Assembly (NCBI GenBank): GCA_963666835.2
Contig: CAXXGO010000006.1
Coordinates: forward strand, 320,001-384,000
Length of the DNA stretch: 64,000 nt
From: Phycisphaerae bacterium
Lineage (GTDB): Bacteria > Planctomycetota > Phycisphaerae > UBA1845
Direction of reading: 5' to 3'
Shown here: positions 1 to 10,233 of the stretch, one piece after another
Numbering within the stretch: the first letter of the stretch is position 1
Layout: each line of letters begins with the position of its first letter
Program-made: the position numbers and the translations under genes
The notes under the pieces: generated by a model
Databases searched by the model: none
Seen by the model: the letters and a program-made list of their open reading frames with translations, nothing else
What the model was told of the DNA's origin: nothing

Positions 1-1893
1 GAGAGAGCCATACGGTGAAGGAATAGCGAACCACACCGACCCCGAGTCATACTGTGGTGTCCGCAAGGGCATGGCGGGAGCGTTGACAGGGGCACGTGCG
101 GGCCGGCCATTGAGCCGTGAAAGCCTTTTACTCCGGAGTGCCGACGCCGTCCCCCAAGGCGGAAGGCAACACCGGAGGGCGTCGTTAACGCGAGACGCCT
201 TTCGGACTCCGCGCGGTCTTAGAACCCGAGCACGCACGGAAACTCCTCACGCGGAACCCGGGAGATCCCGCGTTCGGCCTCGAACATGGCATCGAGGTCC
301 GCAGTGTGAATCCATAGGAGCACGACACTGATGCACGGGCGCGGGAAGTCGGACAGGCCCATAGTACCGAAGAAGACTGCGAACAACGGTGATCCCCCGG
401 CGGGGAGGTCGTCCGCGGAGCAGTTGGAGGAAAGGGGCCTGGCCAAGGGCAACTCGATTCGACACAACAGGCACCGTACGCAGAGCCGGGATCGTCTGCA
501 AAGCGGGTTGGATCGGGTACGACAGGCAGCGGTAAAGGATAAGGATTTACAGTTCACCACGCTTTGGCACCATGTCTATGATGTCGCTCGCCTCCGGGAG
601 GCGTACTTGAGCCTCAAGCATGCTTCGGCACCGGGGATGGACGGCATGACATGGGAGGCGTACGGCAGGGACCTAGAAGAACACCTCTTGGATCTGTCGG
701 CACGTCTACAGCGCGGAGCGTACCGAGCGAGGCCGGTCAAGCGGGTCTACATTCCGAAACCCGATGGACGGCAGAGACCAATAGGGATTCCCGTGTTGGA
801 AGACAAGATCGTCCAACGGGCGATGACCGATGTGCTCTCGGCTGTCTACGAGGCAGACTTCCTCGGGTTCTCCTACGGATTTCGACCAGGACGGGACGCC
901 CATCAGGCGTTAAGTGCCCTGACTGTCGGCATCGAGAGGAAGAAGGTGAATTGGGTGCTGGATGCAGACATTCGTGGATTCTTCGATGCCATAGACCACG
1001 ATTGGCTGATCAAGTTCGTCGAGCACCGGATCGCAGACCAGCGTGTCGTGCGTCACGTGAAGAAGTGGCTGAACGCCGGCGTGCTGGAGGACGGGTGTCG
1101 AAGGGACACGGAGACGGGGACGCCGCAGGGGGGCAGTATCAGCCCGCTATTGGCGAACATCTATCTCCATTACGCCTTCGACTTGTGGGCCCGCCAATGG
1201 CGACGGACGCAAGCTCACGGAGATGTGATTATCGTGAGATATGCGGACGACTTCGTGGTGGGATTTCAACAGCGAGAGGATGCCGAGCGGTTTCGGGATG
1301 AGCTGACGGATCGCCTCCGGAAGTTCAAGCTGGAGCTACATGCGGACAAGACTCGTCTGATTGAGTTCGGCCGTTTTGCGTCGACCAATCGCAAGCGAGA
1401 AGGCCGCGGCAAACCGGCGACCTTCGAGTTTCTGGGTTTTCGCCACATCTGTGGCAAGACCCGGCGTGGGAGGTTCACGGTACTACGGCAGACTGTCGCG
1501 AAACGACGGCGTGCGAAGCTCAAAGCGATTAAGCAAGAGCTTCGGCGACGTATGCATGCCCCCGTCCGAGAGGTGGGCGCGTATTTGCGGGCGGTGGTTC
1601 GCGGGTACTATCAGTATTATGCGGTACCGCGGAACTACCCGGCCTTAACGGCATTTCGGGATGAGGTTGTCCGTCTTTGGCGCTGGACGCTCCGGCGTCG
1701 CAGCGAGAAGACTCGGATTACCTGGGCCCGCATGAACCGTTTGGCCAAGCAGTGGATACCTGCTCCCAAAATCCTACATCCTTACCCCGACCGACACCTG
1801 GCCGTTATGACCCAAGGCAGGAGCCCAGTGCGGTAGTCCCGCACGCTGGGATCTGTGGAGGGGGTCCCGGGTAACCGGGATTCCTACTCCGAC
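1..1893 (+). mobile_element. Group II intron (5' end lies upstream of the window)
   Basis: RT/maturase ORF followed by domain V (GAGCCCAGTGCGG...CCGCACGCTGGGATC, ~1821-1853, AGC triad) and a domain VI hairpin ending ...CCTACTCCGAC at 1893. Confidence 0.93.
331..1836 (+). CDS. ltrA: Group II intron reverse transcriptase/maturase, no endonuclease domain
   Basis: APGMDG, RPIGIP..EDKIVQ, SYGFRPGR, DADIRGFFD, GTPQGGSISPLLANIYLH, RYADD, FEFLGF, domain X; no C-terminal HNH. Confidence 0.95.
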   Translation: MHGRGKSDRPIVPKKTANNGDPPAGRSSAEQLEERGLAKGNSIRHNRHRTQSRDRLQSGLDRVRQAAVKDKDLQFTTLWHHVYDVARLREAYLSLKHASAPGMDGMTWEAYGRDLEEHLLDLSARLQRGAYRARPVKRVYIPKPDGRQRPIGIPVLEDKIVQRAMTDVLSAVYEADFLGFSYGFRPGRDAHQALSALTVGIERKKVNWVLDADIRGFFDAIDHDWLIKFVEHRIADQRVVRHVKKWLNAGVLEDGCRRDTETGTPQGGSISPLLANIYLHYAFDLWARQWRRTQAHGDVIIVRYADDFVVGFQQREDAERFRDELTDRLRKFKLELHADKTRLIEFGRFASTNRKREGRGKPATFEFLGFRHICGKTRRGRFTVLRQTVAKRRRAKLKAIKQELRRRMHAPVREVGAYLRAVVRGYYQYYAVPRNYPALTAFRDEVVRLWRWTLRRRSEKTRITWARMNRLAKQWIPAPKILHPYPDRHLAVMTQGRSPVR

Positions 1894-2061
1894 ACGGATC
1901 GAAAACCGAGAAGGCCTCGCCTTCCGCCGTCCGTCCCCCACCCTTCGCCTGGTGCATGGTGCGTACGCCGCAACTATACCTGTATCCGAGGCTCTTTCTC
2001 CACTGTGATACAGCTCACGGCGTATGGGGCACCCTGCACGCCGCTCGGATGAACGACCGGG

Positions 2062-2550
2062 TTATGGTGAATCCACCTCGGCAGCGGATGGCGGATTGAA
2101 AACGAGATAGGTGGCCAATCGCTGCACCGTTTTGGGCCCGATTCCGGAAACCGCGGTCAGGTCGGCAGGTATCGCAAAGACAGCCGCGGAGCAATCGTCG
2201 GCCACGCGGTCTTTGGTGGTTTCGCGATAGTCCACGATCCGCCGAGCAGTGGTCTCCCCGACTCTCGGTAGCGCGGTCAGCTCCCACCAGGGCGCGGTGT
2301 TCGGATCGACTCCGGCGACGGCACCGGCGGGCGGACTCTCCAAAGAGGCCGGCGTCGGAGCCGACAATACCACGATGCACAGCCCGATGGTCAGACCGAC
2401 CAGGAGAGTCGCGTACGGATCGTGCCGTACGTGAACGACTCCCCGTGCATCGGTCTGGGCGGCGCAAGATGGACCGGCGACGTCATCGCAATCCACGGGG
2501 TCGGAGCCTGATGGTCTGATCGGCGAGGTACTGTGACACATAGTAGTCAC
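2062..2550 (-). CDS. ComEA-like helix-hairpin-helix DNA-binding membrane protein
   Basis: TM segment, then ELTALPRVGETTARRIVDYRE and DLTAVSGIGPKTV HhH motifs; start uncertain. Confidence 0.8.
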   Translation of the reverse strand: MTTMCHSTSPIRPSGSDPVDCDDVAGPSCAAQTDARGVVHVRHDPYATLLVGLTIGLCIVVLSAPTPASLESPPAGAVAGVDPNTAPWWELTALPRVGETTARRIVDYRETTKDRVADDCSAAVFAIPADLTAVSGIGPKTVQRLATYLVFNPPSAAEVDSP

Positions 2551-2600
2551 CTCAAGTGCATCTGCTGCCCCAGCCCCGGCTTGGTCGTTGGTACGTCGGA

Positions 2601-4127
2601 CTATGACGCGGGGCCGCGCTCCGCCCGGCGCATGCTCGCCAGCAACTCGGACCGCAACTTGGTAATCTGGTGGTAGGCCTCTTTGGGGACCAGATCGGAA
2701 CGGAGCAGACCGCCGTGCGGCACGATCTGGTCTTCATGATCCGCCAGGTTTCGCCACGTGACGGATTCCACAAACGGTTTGCTCAAAGCCACCACCAGAA
2801 ACTCGCGCAGCCAATCCGACTGAATCTCCTCGCTCCACGGCTCGTGCCAGCAGCCGCCGTCCACGGCGATCTCCGGCCCGTCCCCCCCGGCCGACCTGAC
2901 CGGAACCACGTCGGACGGAACCTGAAGCGCCGAGATGTGGAGCGGTTTGCCCAACTTGGCGAAGGAGTCGAGGAGCGCGGATATCTGGAACATGTCCCGC
3001 ACGAACATGCCATCCGCAGCCGGGCCGAAGTGAAACTGCAGCCCGAAGGCGTCGAAATTGACCCCGCTCTGTACGACCATATCCGCATAGAGCAGCGGCG
3101 GGATGGTCCGCTGATTCCGGGCGTAGTACTCACCCCAGGGGGCGACCAGGTCGATGATTGCCAGACTGTTGGGCGCGGTTTGCTTGGCCACCGCCGCAGC
3201 CATCCGGGTCAGCTCCATGAGCTGCTCGAAACTGAACGCGAAGCAACTGTCCCCATGGATCCCGCTGACCACGCTCCACGCCTGAATGTGCTGCCCGTAA
3301 CGGTTCATCACCCGGCGCATGTGTTCGAAAGCGAGGTCGCGAATGGTGTTGAAATCCTGCTCCCAGACGTAGAGCCACTCGGGGATGTTCTCGCGGTTGA
3401 ACGACAGCAGCGGAGCGCCCTTCAATACCACGCGGTGCTTCGACAGCATCTCGACCCAGGCGTCGAGCGGCTTCCAGTTGAACGTCTGCTCGTTCGGCTC
3501 GATATCTCGCCAGGTCACCGGCAGGGTGATGAAGTCAAATGCCGAGGCCAGCCGTTTGCGGGTCGTCTCCGTCGGCTTGTCCAAATTTACCAGACACCCG
3601 AACACACGACGGGGGAACCCGTTGGCTTGGCGGCGACGCGTGAAGAAGATGTCCGCGTGGAACTCGCTGAGCTCCTCGCTGGCCCGCAAGCCCTCCGCAA
3701 GGGCCTTTTCCGCAATAGCGCTGGCTTCGGCCGGGGAGTCCGCCTGCAGAGCTTTGGTCAGATATCGACGAGCTTTGGCCACCCGGGCGAGTTGAGATTC
3801 CGTCCCCGAGTAATCGAAAAGACCCCACTCCTCAATCTTGTGATTGAGCCGGGTCAGCCGCCCGCGAGCCAGCTCCACCATCAGCACATAGGGCTTCGCC
3901 CGTTCCTGTAAACGGGCCGTCTCCGTCAGGACCGCCCCGAACCCCGGAACATCCCACAATATCGCCAGACCGGCGGGACCGCCCGCCCGCTTCTTGCACG
4001 TGATTATGCCGTTCTTGAACGCGATCTCCGCGCGAAGCGGCACGTCGTCGCTGCCGACCACGTACGCACCCGAGAGGTTGACCTTTTCGGCGGGACGGCC
4101 GTTCGAGTACACGGCAAAAGACAGCAT
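2601..4127 (-). CDS. GH10-like (endo-1,4-beta-xylanase family) TIM-barrel protein
   Basis: WRDIEPNEQTFNWKPLD, FDAFGLQFHFG, LGKPLHIS, GLLRSDLVPKEAY; catalytic Glu positions look degenerate. Confidence 0.7.
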   Translation of the reverse strand: MLSFAVYSNGRPAEKVNLSGAYVVGSDDVPLRAEIAFKNGIITCKKRAGGPAGLAILWDVPGFGAVLTETARLQERAKPYVLMVELARGRLTRLNHKIEEWGLFDYSGTESQLARVAKARRYLTKALQADSPAEASAIAEKALAEGLRASEELSEFHADIFFTRRRQANGFPRRVFGCLVNLDKPTETTRKRLASAFDFITLPVTWRDIEPNEQTFNWKPLDAWVEMLSKHRVVLKGAPLLSFNRENIPEWLYVWEQDFNTIRDLAFEHMRRVMNRYGQHIQAWSVVSGIHGDSCFAFSFEQLMELTRMAAAVAKQTAPNSLAIIDLVAPWGEYYARNQRTIPPLLYADMVVQSGVNFDAFGLQFHFGPAADGMFVRDMFQISALLDSFAKLGKPLHISALQVPSDVVPVRSAGGDGPEIAVDGGCWHEPWSEEIQSDWLREFLVVALSKPFVESVTWRNLADHEDQIVPHGGLLRSDLVPKEAYHQITKLRSELLASMRRAERGPAS

Positions 4128-4491
4128 ATGATGCCTGTTAAAGTAGGTTAAGTACCAGTCGAATCAACGGCGGACCCAACGCCGTAGTATCGGACTCCCA
4201 AGTGGTGTCCGGCTCCCGCAGGGTCGATCGGCAATTATGGCGGAAGGGATGGGTTGAGTCGAGTCGCGGAGTCGGGATTTTGGTCGGATGGGGAAGTCGG
4301 TATGATCCCCTCCAATACGGCTCGCGATCCGGCTATAAAGGGCCCGATCATTCGGCTGGTTCGGCGATCGGTGCCCGACAGGTCGGAATCGCGGACCCGG
4401 TGATACAGATTCGCAATGGCAGACCTCTGCTCGGCATGGGTACGGGCCGGGTTAGAGGAGATTCCCGAATTATTTCGTTTGGAGCAATGTA

Positions 4492-5391
4492 ATGGCTACC
4501 GACGCCCCGGCCGTCGTCACCGAAACGAAGTTGCCCGACCACCCCGTCCGACGCGGCAAGGTGCGGGATATCTACGATCTCGGCAGCGAGATTCTGTTGG
4601 TCGCCACGGACCGGATCAGCGCCTACGACGTGGTCCTGCCGACTCCGATCCCCCGGAAAGGGGCGATGTTGACTCGGATCTCCGAGTTCTGGTTCCGGCA
4701 CTTCGAGGCGGATCTGCCGCACCACCTTATCGAGGTGCTCGAGGATCAGGCTCCCGCCGGGTTGGACGACTACCTCCCGCAACTGCGCGGGCGGACCATG
4801 CGCTGCCGCAAGACCAAGGTCGTGCCGATCGAATGCGTGGTCCGGGGTTACCTGGCCGGGTCCGGTTGGAAGGACTATCAGCGGACCGGAGCCGTGTGCG
4901 GGATCGCATTACCGGCCGGGATGCGGCAATGCGACAAGCTGCCGGAACCGATCTTCACGCCGTCGACGAAAGCGGACGTGGGGCACGACGAGAATATTTC
5001 GTTCGAGCAGGCCTGCGCCCTGGTGGGCGAGTCGACTATGACCCTGCTGCGCGATCGTAGCCTGGACCTCTACACCCGCGGAGCGGAGTACGCCCAACGG
5101 CGCGGAATCATATTGGCTGACACCAAGTTCGAATGGGGCGAGCGGGACGGCCAGTACCTGTTGATCGACGAAGTGCTAACTCCGGACTCGTCTCGCTTCT
5201 GGCCGGCCGATGTATACGAACCGGGCCGCGATCAGGACAGCTTCGACAAGCAGTATGTGAGGAACTACCTGACCACGCTTGTCGAAGCGGGCAAGTGGGA
5301 CAAAACGCCGCCCGGTCCGGACCTCCCGGACGAGATCGTGGCCAACACCACCGCCAAGTACGCCGAAGCCGTCAAGCGCCTGACCGAATAA
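4492..5391 (+). CDS. purC: SAICAR synthetase
   Basis: RGKVRDIY, TDRISAYD, ECVVRGYLAGSGW, FTPSTKA, ADTKFE, DEVLTPDSSRFW, SFDKQ. Confidence 0.97.
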   Translation: MATDAPAVVTETKLPDHPVRRGKVRDIYDLGSEILLVATDRISAYDVVLPTPIPRKGAMLTRISEFWFRHFEADLPHHLIEVLEDQAPAGLDDYLPQLRGRTMRCRKTKVVPIECVVRGYLAGSGWKDYQRTGAVCGIALPAGMRQCDKLPEPIFTPSTKADVGHDENISFEQACALVGESTMTLLRDRSLDLYTRGAEYAQRRGIILADTKFEWGERDGQYLLIDEVLTPDSSRFWPADVYEPGRDQDSFDKQYVRNYLTTLVEAGKWDKTPPGPDLPDEIVANTTAKYAEAVKRLTE

Positions 5392-5405
5392 TGCCATGGG
5401 TGCCT

Positions 5406-5436
5406 GGGTGCCATGGTCCACGCTTGCGTGGCCATG
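5406..5436 (+). repeat. REP-like palindrome, family B (GGGTGCCATGGYCYACGCTTGCGTGGCCATG)
   Basis: Hairpin; further copies at 7581-7611 and 31441-31471, related inverted copy at 47785-47809. Confidence 0.85.
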
Positions 5437-5600
5437 GAGAGGGGTAGGTAGAGCACGGGTGCCATCGACCAATGTGGTCGCGATGGCCGTTCCGTCAGTG
5501 CGAGCTCGACCTGCCCATCGACGCCGGCAGTGTTCGCGAAGTGGCGTGAGAACAAGGCGAATGCTAGAATCGTACAGTGAAAGAGGAGACGTCGATTCCG

Positions 5601-6386
5601 ATGAACGCGCGCCCCACATTTACGATCAACCCGGCGGATAACTTTCCACACCTGAACCGGGCGCCGATTGTCGAAGCGGTGATTCACTGGCGCGCCCGTA
5701 GCGAGAAGGAGGTGGATCGCGAGAGCTTGCTTGAGGAGTTGAGAGCCAAGCTGCCCGATTATCCGCATGTGCAGTCCCAGGAGGAGGTGCAGCTCGAGGC
5801 GCAGATCGGCCCGGAGGGAGCCGCCCAGGCGCAACGCGCACGTTGGCATGGCTTCCGCATCGAATCAACGGACCGTCGCTACATTGCGCAATTTACGCGC
5901 AACGGGTTCGTCTTCAGTCGGGTGCGTCCATACGAGAACTGGGACCGCTTCGCCGCTGAAGCTAAGCGGTTGTGGCAGATCCATCTCGAGCTGGCCGAGC
6001 CGTTGGAAATCGAGCGGCTGGGCGTGCGGTTCATCAATCGGATTGTGCCGGTCGATCTTGGCAAGCTGGACGAAATCCTGACGCTGCCACCGCAATCACC
6101 GGGCGGGCTGGTGCTGCCGATCGAGGACTTTGTGCATCGCAGCCAGTTCGACGTGCCAGGGCACCCGTACCGCGTTCATGTAATCCAGATGAGTCAGTCG
6201 CCCGCCCCACCGGAGAACGCCCCGGGGCTGATTGTCGACATTGACGTACTCACAACGACCACGACGGAACTGGACAATACCGCCATCGATGAACGATTGG
6301 GCGGAATGCGCTGGCTGAAGAACAAAGCGTTCTATTCGTTGCTCACGAGCCAAGCGATCGAGCGGCTGAAAGAGGCCAAGTCATGA
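5601..6386 (+). CDS. TIGR04255-family protein
   Basis: APIVEAVI, FSRVRPYENWDRF, RLGVRFINRI, IVDIDV; alternative GTG start at 5577. Confidence 0.8.
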   Translation: MNARPTFTINPADNFPHLNRAPIVEAVIHWRARSEKEVDRESLLEELRAKLPDYPHVQSQEEVQLEAQIGPEGAAQAQRARWHGFRIESTDRRYIAQFTRNGFVFSRVRPYENWDRFAAEAKRLWQIHLELAEPLEIERLGVRFINRIVPVDLGKLDEILTLPPQSPGGLVLPIEDFVHRSQFDVPGHPYRVHVIQMSQSPAPPENAPGLIVDIDVLTTTTTELDNTAIDERLGGMRWLKNKAFYSLLTSQAIERLKEAKS

Positions 6387-6841
6387 GTCATGCGGTAATC
6401 ATGCGAGGAGTCAGTGACGAAGCGAAGGATATCGCATCTGCGGATTACTCCAGTCGTTGTTTCATGGACGAGTCCTCGGCGGTGGGCTTCGGCCAGATCT
6501 TGCGCGGGGAGCTCGCGGACGTCTGGGGCGAATGCCGGCGAGCCGATTGGGACGGCTACGATGCCTTGCCGGTCTCATGGAGGGCGCTGCGGAACATGTA
6601 TGTGTTTCTGCAGGCGCTGCCGCTCGGCTTCCCGCGTCCGACGATCGGGGCGGATCCCAACGGGCACTTGTCGGTCGAATGGTATCGAAACCCCCGGCGC
6701 GTCTTGTCCGTCGCCGTCAGCGACGACGATCTTCTGCACTACGCCGCCCTGCTCGGGCCCAACAAGACCTGTGGCACGGAGACGTTCTATGGCGAGGTTC
6801 CGGAGAGCATTCTCAGCTTGGTACGACGGGTCTATTCATGA
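6383..6841 (+). CDS. Hypothetical protein, middle gene of the TIGR04255 module
   Basis: ATGA overlaps with both neighbours; DWDGYDALPV and P.IGADPNGHLSVEW motifs. Confidence 0.75.
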   Translation: MSHAVIMRGVSDEAKDIASADYSSRCFMDESSAVGFGQILRGELADVWGECRRADWDGYDALPVSWRALRNMYVFLQALPLGFPRPTIGADPNGHLSVEWYRNPRRVLSVAVSDDDLLHYAALLGPNKTCGTETFYGEVPESILSLVRRVYS

Positions 6842-7266
6842 TCGACGCGGAGCACGTGCCCGAGGTGGAACCGAATGAACTGCTGGCGCGGTTCATTCTA
6901 TCCCGCAGGCACATCCGCGGAAGCGCTAACGGGATCAAACCCGAGGCGTTCATGCCGCATCCGCATGCTGATCTTTCCGTCACGCGCCATCGTGACGCGA
7001 CCGAGGATGAAATCTGGGCCACAGGTAGTGCAATCGCGAGTTTTCGAGAGCGAACGTTGCAGGGACGCGGTGACGTCATTGCCAACGCTTTCATCAAACA
7101 GGATCTTTCAGTTCTGGCGGACCCTCTTCTTGGTCGGGCCGACCTGCCGGATAACCCGAACCACGCCAACGTGACCCGCTGGCCGAAGGATGACAAGGAC
7201 CGACAGCGGCTGCTCGCCCTTGAGATAGCCAAGCAAGCCAGGTTGGTTCGACCGCCTGACCAGTAG
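6838..7266 (+). CDS. Hypothetical protein, possible ART/RES-like toxin
   Basis: Starts MIDAEHVP at an ATGA overlap; LARF...AF...DLSVTR...NPNHANV pattern. Confidence 0.6.
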   Translation: MIDAEHVPEVEPNELLARFILSRRHIRGSANGIKPEAFMPHPHADLSVTRHRDATEDEIWATGSAIASFRERTLQGRGDVIANAFIKQDLSVLADPLLGRADLPDNPNHANVTRWPKDDKDRQRLLALEIAKQARLVRPPDQ

Positions 7267-7325
7267 TGTTGTACGGCAGGTGGTTCGCCTGCCTTGACCG
7301 TTGGCGCCTGGATCAACGGGCCGCA

Positions 7326-7560
7326 TTACAGACCGCCGTTCCCGGTCCTTTCGATAGCGAGGCCACATTCGGGGCAGACCCCCGATACGTTGCCGCGAAG
7401 GTCATACTTGCACTGCGGGCAAAGCCCACACTCTGCGAGACGACATCTGCGAGTGTCGCGAATTCTACGCGCGACATAGAGAGCTAATCTGACTGTTGGG
7501 TAAGACGCGAATGCAATAAACAACCCGAGAAAGCGACCAAGAGTGTCCGTTACGCTGCCT
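7326..7560 (-). pseudogene. C-terminal fragment of a TM + zinc-ribbon protein
   Basis: TM helix then CPQCKYDLRGNVSGVCPECG; the 5' part is replaced by the REP at 7581. Confidence 0.5.
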
Positions 7561-7580
7561 CCAAACATGGCTCTCGTGCC

Positions 7581-7611
7581 GGGTGCCATGGCCTACGCTT
7601 GCGTGGCCATG
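7581..7611 (+). repeat. REP-like palindrome, family B
   Basis: gggtgccatggcctacgcttgcgtggccatg. Confidence 0.85.
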
Positions 7612-7837
7612 CAGGGGGGCTGATGTCGCTGCGGTGGTGTCGAACGCGCGCGGGTCGACCGTGCCCTACACTTGGCACTGCTGACCACGGGCAAGCTGGG
7701 AGCGTGCATGCCTGACGCGCGTAATCGTCGGGCGTGCCGCGGAGCGCTTTTCACATGAGCTACGCTCGCCGTAGCGATGGCAGGGGGTTACTTATAGATG
7801 CTACCCGTTGCGGCAGGTCTCGTGCCTTGGCCGGCCC

Positions 7838-8935
7838 CTACTCTTGCTCTTGCGGTGGGGCGCCGACGTGTTCGAGGATCGCGATTATGGTGACAACGCA
7901 TAGGCACTGCGAAAGCAGTAAGACCGCTCCGAACCACTCCAGCGTCGGAAGGATGATGGCCGGTAGGCCGGTTGCGGCCGTCGCCAGGTAGATAGTCAGC
8001 ACGGCCGCGCGCGGGCTCATTCCCCGCCGAACCAGGCGGTGCGAGAAATGCCGCCGGTCGCCCCGGAAGGGGCTGATCCCCAGGCGAAAACGGTGAATGA
8101 CGACGCTGACCACGTCGTAAAGCGGCACGGCGAGGACCACCAGCGGAACCAAGACTCCAAACGGCGTCAGATCCTGCCGGGGATCGTAAAACGTGACCAG
8201 CACGGTCAATACACTCAGCAGATATCCAATTACCAGGCTCCCCGCGTCGCCCATGAAGATGCTCGCCGGCGAGAAGTTGAATACCAAGAAGCCGAGAATG
8301 CCGCCCGCCAACACCCAGGCCATGACCGGTACGAACACCTGGCCGGTGCGCATTGCCGCCACGGCAAAGATGATCGCCGCCAGGGCGGCCACGCCCCCGC
8401 TGAGCCCGTCCATATTGTCGAGGAAGTTGAAGGCGTTGGTTATCAGTACGATCCAGAACATGGTGATTATCACGGACATCGGGGCGGGCAGGGCCTCCAC
8501 CGCCCGGATGCCGACGGGACCCGCGATGAAAAGCGCCACGGCAATCTGGATGACCAGTTTGACCCACGGACCCAGCGCCCGCCGGTCATCGATAAGACCC
8601 ACGACGTGGAGCACAATCGCTCCGGCCATGATGGCCAGGACCGTCGGCAGTTTCGAGGCGATGCCGCCAAGATGGTTCCGTACGAACTCCGGTAGCCACT
8701 CCGGAGCGGGATCCCGGGCGACCGCCGCAAGGAGGGCCGTACCCACCAGAATCGGCCCGCAGACGGATAGGAAGATCGCGATACCCCCACCCAGCGCCAC
8801 CGGCGATTCGTGCCCCTTGTGGCCGCTAGGCCGGTCGACGAACCCCGTCCGCCGAGCCCACGCCCGCACCGCGCCCGTCACCACGAGCGATAAGACAAAG
8901 GGCCCGACAATCGCAATCAAGACAACGCCGCTCAT
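7838..8935 (-). CDS. MraY/WecA/TagO family UDP-GlcNAc:undecaprenyl-phosphate transferase
   Basis: GLIDD, NAFNFLDNMDGL, FNFSPASIFMGDAGS, GDRRHFSHRL; multi-TM. Confidence 0.92.
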   Translation of the reverse strand: MSGVVLIAIVGPFVLSLVVTGAVRAWARRTGFVDRPSGHKGHESPVALGGGIAIFLSVCGPILVGTALLAAVARDPAPEWLPEFVRNHLGGIASKLPTVLAIMAGAIVLHVVGLIDDRRALGPWVKLVIQIAVALFIAGPVGIRAVEALPAPMSVIITMFWIVLITNAFNFLDNMDGLSGGVAALAAIIFAVAAMRTGQVFVPVMAWVLAGGILGFLVFNFSPASIFMGDAGSLVIGYLLSVLTVLVTFYDPRQDLTPFGVLVPLVVLAVPLYDVVSVVIHRFRLGISPFRGDRRHFSHRLVRRGMSPRAAVLTIYLATAATGLPAIILPTLEWFGAVLLLSQCLCVVTIIAILEHVGAPPQEQE

Positions 8936-8994
8936 GGCTGTGCAGTGTAGTCCCGGAGCGGTCCAGGTTCAATCCACACCGTGTCCCGTCCCCG

Positions 8995-9018
8995 CACTGC
9001 TCAAGAGCAGTGGCACAC
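8995..9018 (-). repeat. REP family A (GTGTGCCACTGCTCTYGAGCAGTG), cognate to the RAYT
   Basis: 8-bp stem CACTGCTC/GAGCAGTG; other copies 10567-10588, 22710-22733, 25458-25481, 25572-25595, 25610-25633, 26212-26235, 29571-29594, 34854-34877. Confidence 0.9.
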
Positions 9019-9063
9019 GTGAGAACATAGGTGTGCCGTAGCACTTACAGTGCCGCAGGTCCG

Positions 9064-10233
9064 TCAGGAATGCTCTGCGATCATACGCAGCAGCATGTCG
9101 GCCGTAGTGACCGAGGCTTGCGTAGCGCGCATCGGGTCGACCAGCGCGGACAGCTCATCGACCATCCGTCCGCGGGCCTTCGCATCGCGAAGCAGTTCAA
9201 TCGCCCGATCGGCAATCGGATCCGTGGACAAGTAATACGGCATGAACTCCGGGACGATCTCGCGCTGAGCGAGGATATTCGGCAAGCACAGATACGGCGT
9301 ATGGATCATCCAGCGGCCGATCAGGTGATAGAACAACCGTGAGGCGTTGTACATCACGATCATGGGCCGTTGGTGGAACGCCACCTCCAGCGCCGTCGTT
9401 CCCGAGGCCACCAGGACAAGATCAGCCGCTTGGATCAGCTCGGCGAAGTTGTCGGGATACTGCTTGACCGCAACGCCCGCCTTCGACGTTTCCGCCGCGA
9501 TGATCGGAGCAACCTGCGGGTTGGCCACCGATACGCCGAAAGCCGACCTGGGCAACGCGGCGGAGATCCTCTTGGCGACTTCCAGTTGCCCGGGCAGAAC
9601 CTCGCTCACCACGTGTTTGCGCGAGCCGGGCAACAAGGCTACCACGGGGCTGCCGCCCGCCCGAATGTCGCCAACTACCGCGCGGTCGAGCGTCTGACTC
9701 GCCAGGCGCTCCGCCAGCGGGTGGCCCACATACGTCGCGTCGACTCCCTGATCGCGAAAGTACTGCTCCTCGAACGGCAGAATCGCGGCCACCCGCTCCA
9801 CTCTGTGCCGGAGTTTGTAGATTCGGTAGCTGCCCCACGCCCACATCTGCGGGGCGATGTAATACAGGACGGGCACGCCGGCCGCCTGGGCTCGCCCGGC
9901 CAGCGGAAGGTGCAACGTGGGCGAGTCGATCACCACGGCCGCGTCGAACGGATACCGCCGCAAGTGCTCGTCAGCGGTGTTAAGCATGCGCAGCCCCCGC
10001 CCGACGGTTTTGAGGGCTCCGAGCAGCATGGCCGAGTGGCGAGTCATATCGAAGATACGCTCACACCCCTCGGCCACCATTCGCGGACCGGCCACCCCGA
10101 CGAACCGGACCCCGGGGCACTGCGCTCGCGTGGCTCGGATCAGAGCGGCTCCGTGGATGTCGGCGCTGGGCTCGGCCGCGCTGATGAACACCAGCGGCTC
10201 TGTGCCGTTTTGTTGTTGATGTCCCGTTCGCAT
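9064..10233 (-). CDS. lpxB: Lipid-A-disaccharide synthase
   Basis: AAEPSADIHGA, YYIAPQMWAW, ILPFEE, YVGHPL, LLPGSR, ASGTTALE, LPNILA. Confidence 0.93.
   Translation of the reverse strand: MRTGHQQQNGTEPLVFISAAEPSADIHGAALIRATRAQCPGVRFVGVAGPRMVAEGCERIFDMTRHSAMLLGALKTVGRGLRMLNTADEHLRRYPFDAAVVIDSPTLHLPLAGRAQAAGVPVLYYIAPQMWAWGSYRIYKLRHRVERVAAILPFEEQYFRDQGVDATYVGHPLAERLASQTLDRAVVGDIRAGGSPVVALLPGSRKHVVSEVLPGQLEVAKRISAALPRSAFGVSVANPQVAPIIAAETSKAGVAVKQYPDNFAELIQAADLVLVASGTTALEVAFHQRPMIVMYNASRLFYHLIGRWMIHTPYLCLPNILAQREIVPEFMPYYLSTDPIADRAIELLRDAKARGRMVDELSALVDPMRATQASVTTADMLLRMIAEHS

Noticed and set aside
331..1836. RT as a retron, DGR or defence RT
   Set aside because: It has a maturase domain X and is directly followed by group II domains V and VI.
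2670..3911. 413-aa plus-strand ORF
   Set aside because: Antisense to the GH10-like gene, with no motifs.
6457..6837. 269-aa version of the third TIGR04255-module gene
   Set aside because: It overlaps gene 2 out of frame; the ATGA coupling at 6838 is the more plausible start.
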